Shown here: piece by piece, positions 60,787 through 64,000 of the stretch
Layout: each line of letters begins with the position of its first letter
Position numbering within the stretch: the stretch's first letter is position 1
Assembly: GCA_002269645.1 (NCBI GenBank)
Contig: NIVC01000296.1
Span: 1-64,000 of the forward strand
Source of the DNA: Macrostomum lignano
Taxonomy: Eukaryota
DNA length: 64,000 nucleotides
Reading direction: 5' to 3'
Position numbers and translations under genes: made by a program
Notes under the pieces: generated by a model
What the model saw: only the letters and a program-made list of their open reading frames with translations
Told to the model about the DNA's origin: nothing
The model's database searches: none

Positions 60787-61365
60787 GTCAGTTAACGATT
60801 CGATTTCAATTATTTTGTGATTTAATGAGTGCATGAGTGCTTTAGCTCAGTTCATGGATTCATGAGGTAGAGTTGTAAATCTGTCTGTCTAACTTTGAGT
60901 CGTAAATCTTTTTTGTTTCTGGGAGACTGAAAATTGAATTAAAAATTCAAGCTAGGTAGAACAAGTCCCTGAAAGCTCAGCTCCCAGCTCCAAGGATGAG
61001 CTGACAGAGGTCACTGTCAAGGTGATACCTCAGTACTCCATTCTATTCATGTTTTATTATTTCTAACCAAACCCACTGCTTTGTGCGTCTCTCAGCTGCG
61101 CTTGTAAACGGATCAACTTCAAATGGGGTCTGAATTTCCAGATTAAAAATTAACAAGGGTGATGTGCTTCTTACTCTTAGCCGACAGGAAGTTCAGACGT
61201 GGTTGAGCTCATCCTTTGATTTGAAATTAGAGTTTGCATGTCTGGCGTTAGTTAACTTTCTTCTGCAGTAAGGGACTCAATCTCCAATAAACTTTTTACT
61301 GGAGATTTAGGCTCAGGTCAGGAGGCTGCGCCTTTTTCAGTAGGAGAGTTTCGGAGAACAGGAAG

Positions 61366-61835
61366 AGGTGGAGAGAGATGGGGAGAGATGGGGAGAGATG
61401 AGAAGAGATAGGGAGAGATGGGGAGAGATGGGGAGAGATGGGGAGAGATGGGGAGAGATGGGGAAAAATGAGGAGGTGGGGAGAGGTGGGGAGGGATGGG
61501 GAAAAATGGGGAGAGGTGGGGAGAGGTGGGGAGGGATGGGGAAAAATGGGGAGAGGTGGGGAGAGGTGGGGAGGAATGGGGAAAAATTGGGAGAGGTGGG
61601 GAGAGGTGGGGAGGGATGGGGAAAAATTGGGAGAGGTGGGGAGAGGTGGGGAGAGGTGGGGAGGGATGGGGAAAAATTGGGAGAGGTGGGGAGAGGTGGG
61701 GAGGGATGGGGAAAAATTGGGAGAGGTGGGGAGAGGTGGGGAGGAATGGGAAAAAATGGGGAGAGGTGGGGAGAGGTGGGGAGGGATGGGGAAAAATGGG
61801 GAGAGGTGGGGAGAGGTGGGGACAGGTGGGGAGAG
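61366..61835. repeat. Purine-rich 10-bp-based repeat (GGGAGAGRTG and variants)
   Basis: Direct inspection. Confidence 0.93.
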
Positions 61836-62447
61836 AATAATGATGGTAAAAAGAAAAAAATTGTTTGCTGATAAAAAAACGTCGGGTTATAGCAGCTGGT
61901 TATAACCGACTTAAAAGAGTCACCGACAGGTCAGAGGGCAATTAAAAAGTGCGCAAAAGTGCAAAAAGCACAATAAAATATCTTTCTTCAGCATCTAACG
62001 CGAGTTTGACAAAGCGCTACGTGAAATGATTTCCTTATTTTCGTTTTTCTTTCTTTCGGTGTTGCCGAGGTCAGAGGTGGAGGGAGAAGTTTTGCGCAGA
62101 CAAATTAAGAATTAATATTCGTGCCCCGGATCCAACTGCGCAGTAACTGGGCTCTGCTTTTTTTCAAAACTTATCCAAAGCTGCCAGTTCTTGATGCACC
62201 TCGTGTTTCGCGCAAATTATCATTCTTTTTAAGTGAGGCGCTGTTTGCAGTCTGTGGATTGGGTCGCCTGGACGTGTTACGACTTATCTTGCAACTGGGT
62301 CACCGCCGTCTGTAGCCAGAGGAAGTGGAATTATTTTTATAGAGAGAAATTTTGTAGTAAAAAGCAGCGGCCTGGGTTTTATTGGCATTAGCTCTGACTC
62401 TTTTCTTGGCACTGCGATATTGCTGAGTCTGTTGTAGATGCTGGTCT

Positions 62448-62746
62448 GAGAGGAGAGGAGAGGAGAGGAGAGGAGAGGAGAGGAGAGGAGAGGAGAGGAG
62501 AAGAGAGGAGAGGAGAGGAGAGGAGAGGAGAGGAGAGGAGAGGAGATGAGAGGAGAGGTGAGGAGAGGTGAGAGAGAGGAGAGGAGAGGAGAGGAGAGGA
62601 GAGGAGAGGAGAGGAGAGGAGAGGAGAGGAGGAGAGGTGAGGAGAGGTGAGGGAGAGGAGAGGAGAGGAGAGGAGAGGAGAGGAGAGGTGAGGAGAGGTG
62701 AGGAGAGGAGAGGAGAGGAGAGGAGAGGAGAGGTGAGGAGAGGAGA
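62448..62746. repeat. (AGAGG)n microsatellite
   Basis: Direct inspection. Confidence 0.95.
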
Positions 62747-63304
62747 CCAGAGAAAGTAGGGAAAAGTTATTGAGAGAATGAATAAGACTGAATAGACTGG
62801 ATATGACAGATAGAATGGACTGTTGCTACCCAATGTCAGACTCGACCAAGCAAAATTGTCAGCCATCATGAGATCATGAGCATGTTAAACAAAGGACCCG
62901 TTTTTCGGCTCTCCGGCTTCCAAACTAGCTAGCAATATCCCACCGGGATCAAGACAGAAAAGTGCTAACTGTATTAGCTAATCAACTGATTTCCCTGGAG
63001 TCACGCATCCCATCAGTGCGCCTGATCTTTTTTGTCGCTTAAAATCCCCATCGTTAAAGCCTCAGAGATCTCCAGATAGCGGTTCATAAGACAGATGGAG
63101 CCTCTGGATGCAGGGGTTCCTTGCACTCGGAGCAACTGGCCAAGCTTCCTTAAAGCACCTGTCAGTCAAAGGTCGCTTAGGGACTAACTTGCCTTCTTGG
63201 AAGCTCCTGGATAATTTTGTCCGCCCCATTCTGAACCGAAATAGTTGTCCCCAGTTTGGGAAATCGGTGATGACAGCCGGGACTCTCGAGATTTGGGCTA
63301 GAGA

Positions 63305-63814
<510 letters not shown>

Positions 63815-64000
63815 TGAGTGGTGAAGGCCAGTGCTTCCAACTGGGATAAGCTTTTATCTCTCTGACATTTCCTAGCAATGTATTGCGCAACAGTGCACAC
63901 TGCAATGTAAATATTTTCTCTTCGGGCCAGATTTTATACGACGAGAAAAAGATGGCTGGATGCCAAACGCACAAATGCATGGCAACTGGAACGGGACGGA

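Noticed and set aside
62290-62880. Possible minus-strand exons flanking the (TCTCC)n tract as an intron
   Set aside because: GT/AG ends exist, but the joined frames are short or contain stops and resemble no protein I recognise.

Overview
Eukaryotic (animal) genomic DNA, not prokaryotic. GC-rich exons sit in AT-rich introns, and the very high load of transposons and tandem repeats suggests a flatworm such as Macrostomum (inference only). Three zones. (1) 1-8.5 kb holds two co-oriented minus-strand genes for type II membrane glycan-type proteins: a 2-exon DUF1647-like gene and a 3-exon GH99 endo-alpha-1,2-mannosidase (MANEA-like). The MANEA copy has a 1-nt frameshift near its 3' end and no in-frame ATG ahead of its signal anchor. 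An unresolved exon-like region lies at 1.0-1.65 kb. (2) About 9-51 kb is a nested transposon graveyard: non-LTR retrotransposons (one 5'-inverted with an 18-bp TSD), tRNA-derived SINEs, Ty3/gypsy and BEL/Pao LTR elements, Tc1/IS630 and mariner, piggyBac, a hAT-type MITE, a full-length PIF/Harbinger, P/THAP elements, and a cluster of Crypton-like tyrosine-recombinase fragments. A GCCATAGAC 9-mer is strongly over-represented here. (3) 51.4-64 kb holds a 16-bp satellite and the 5' exons of a TTC28-like gene whose introns are filled by many different mini/microsatellites. All assignments are by eye from motifs; no database searches were run.
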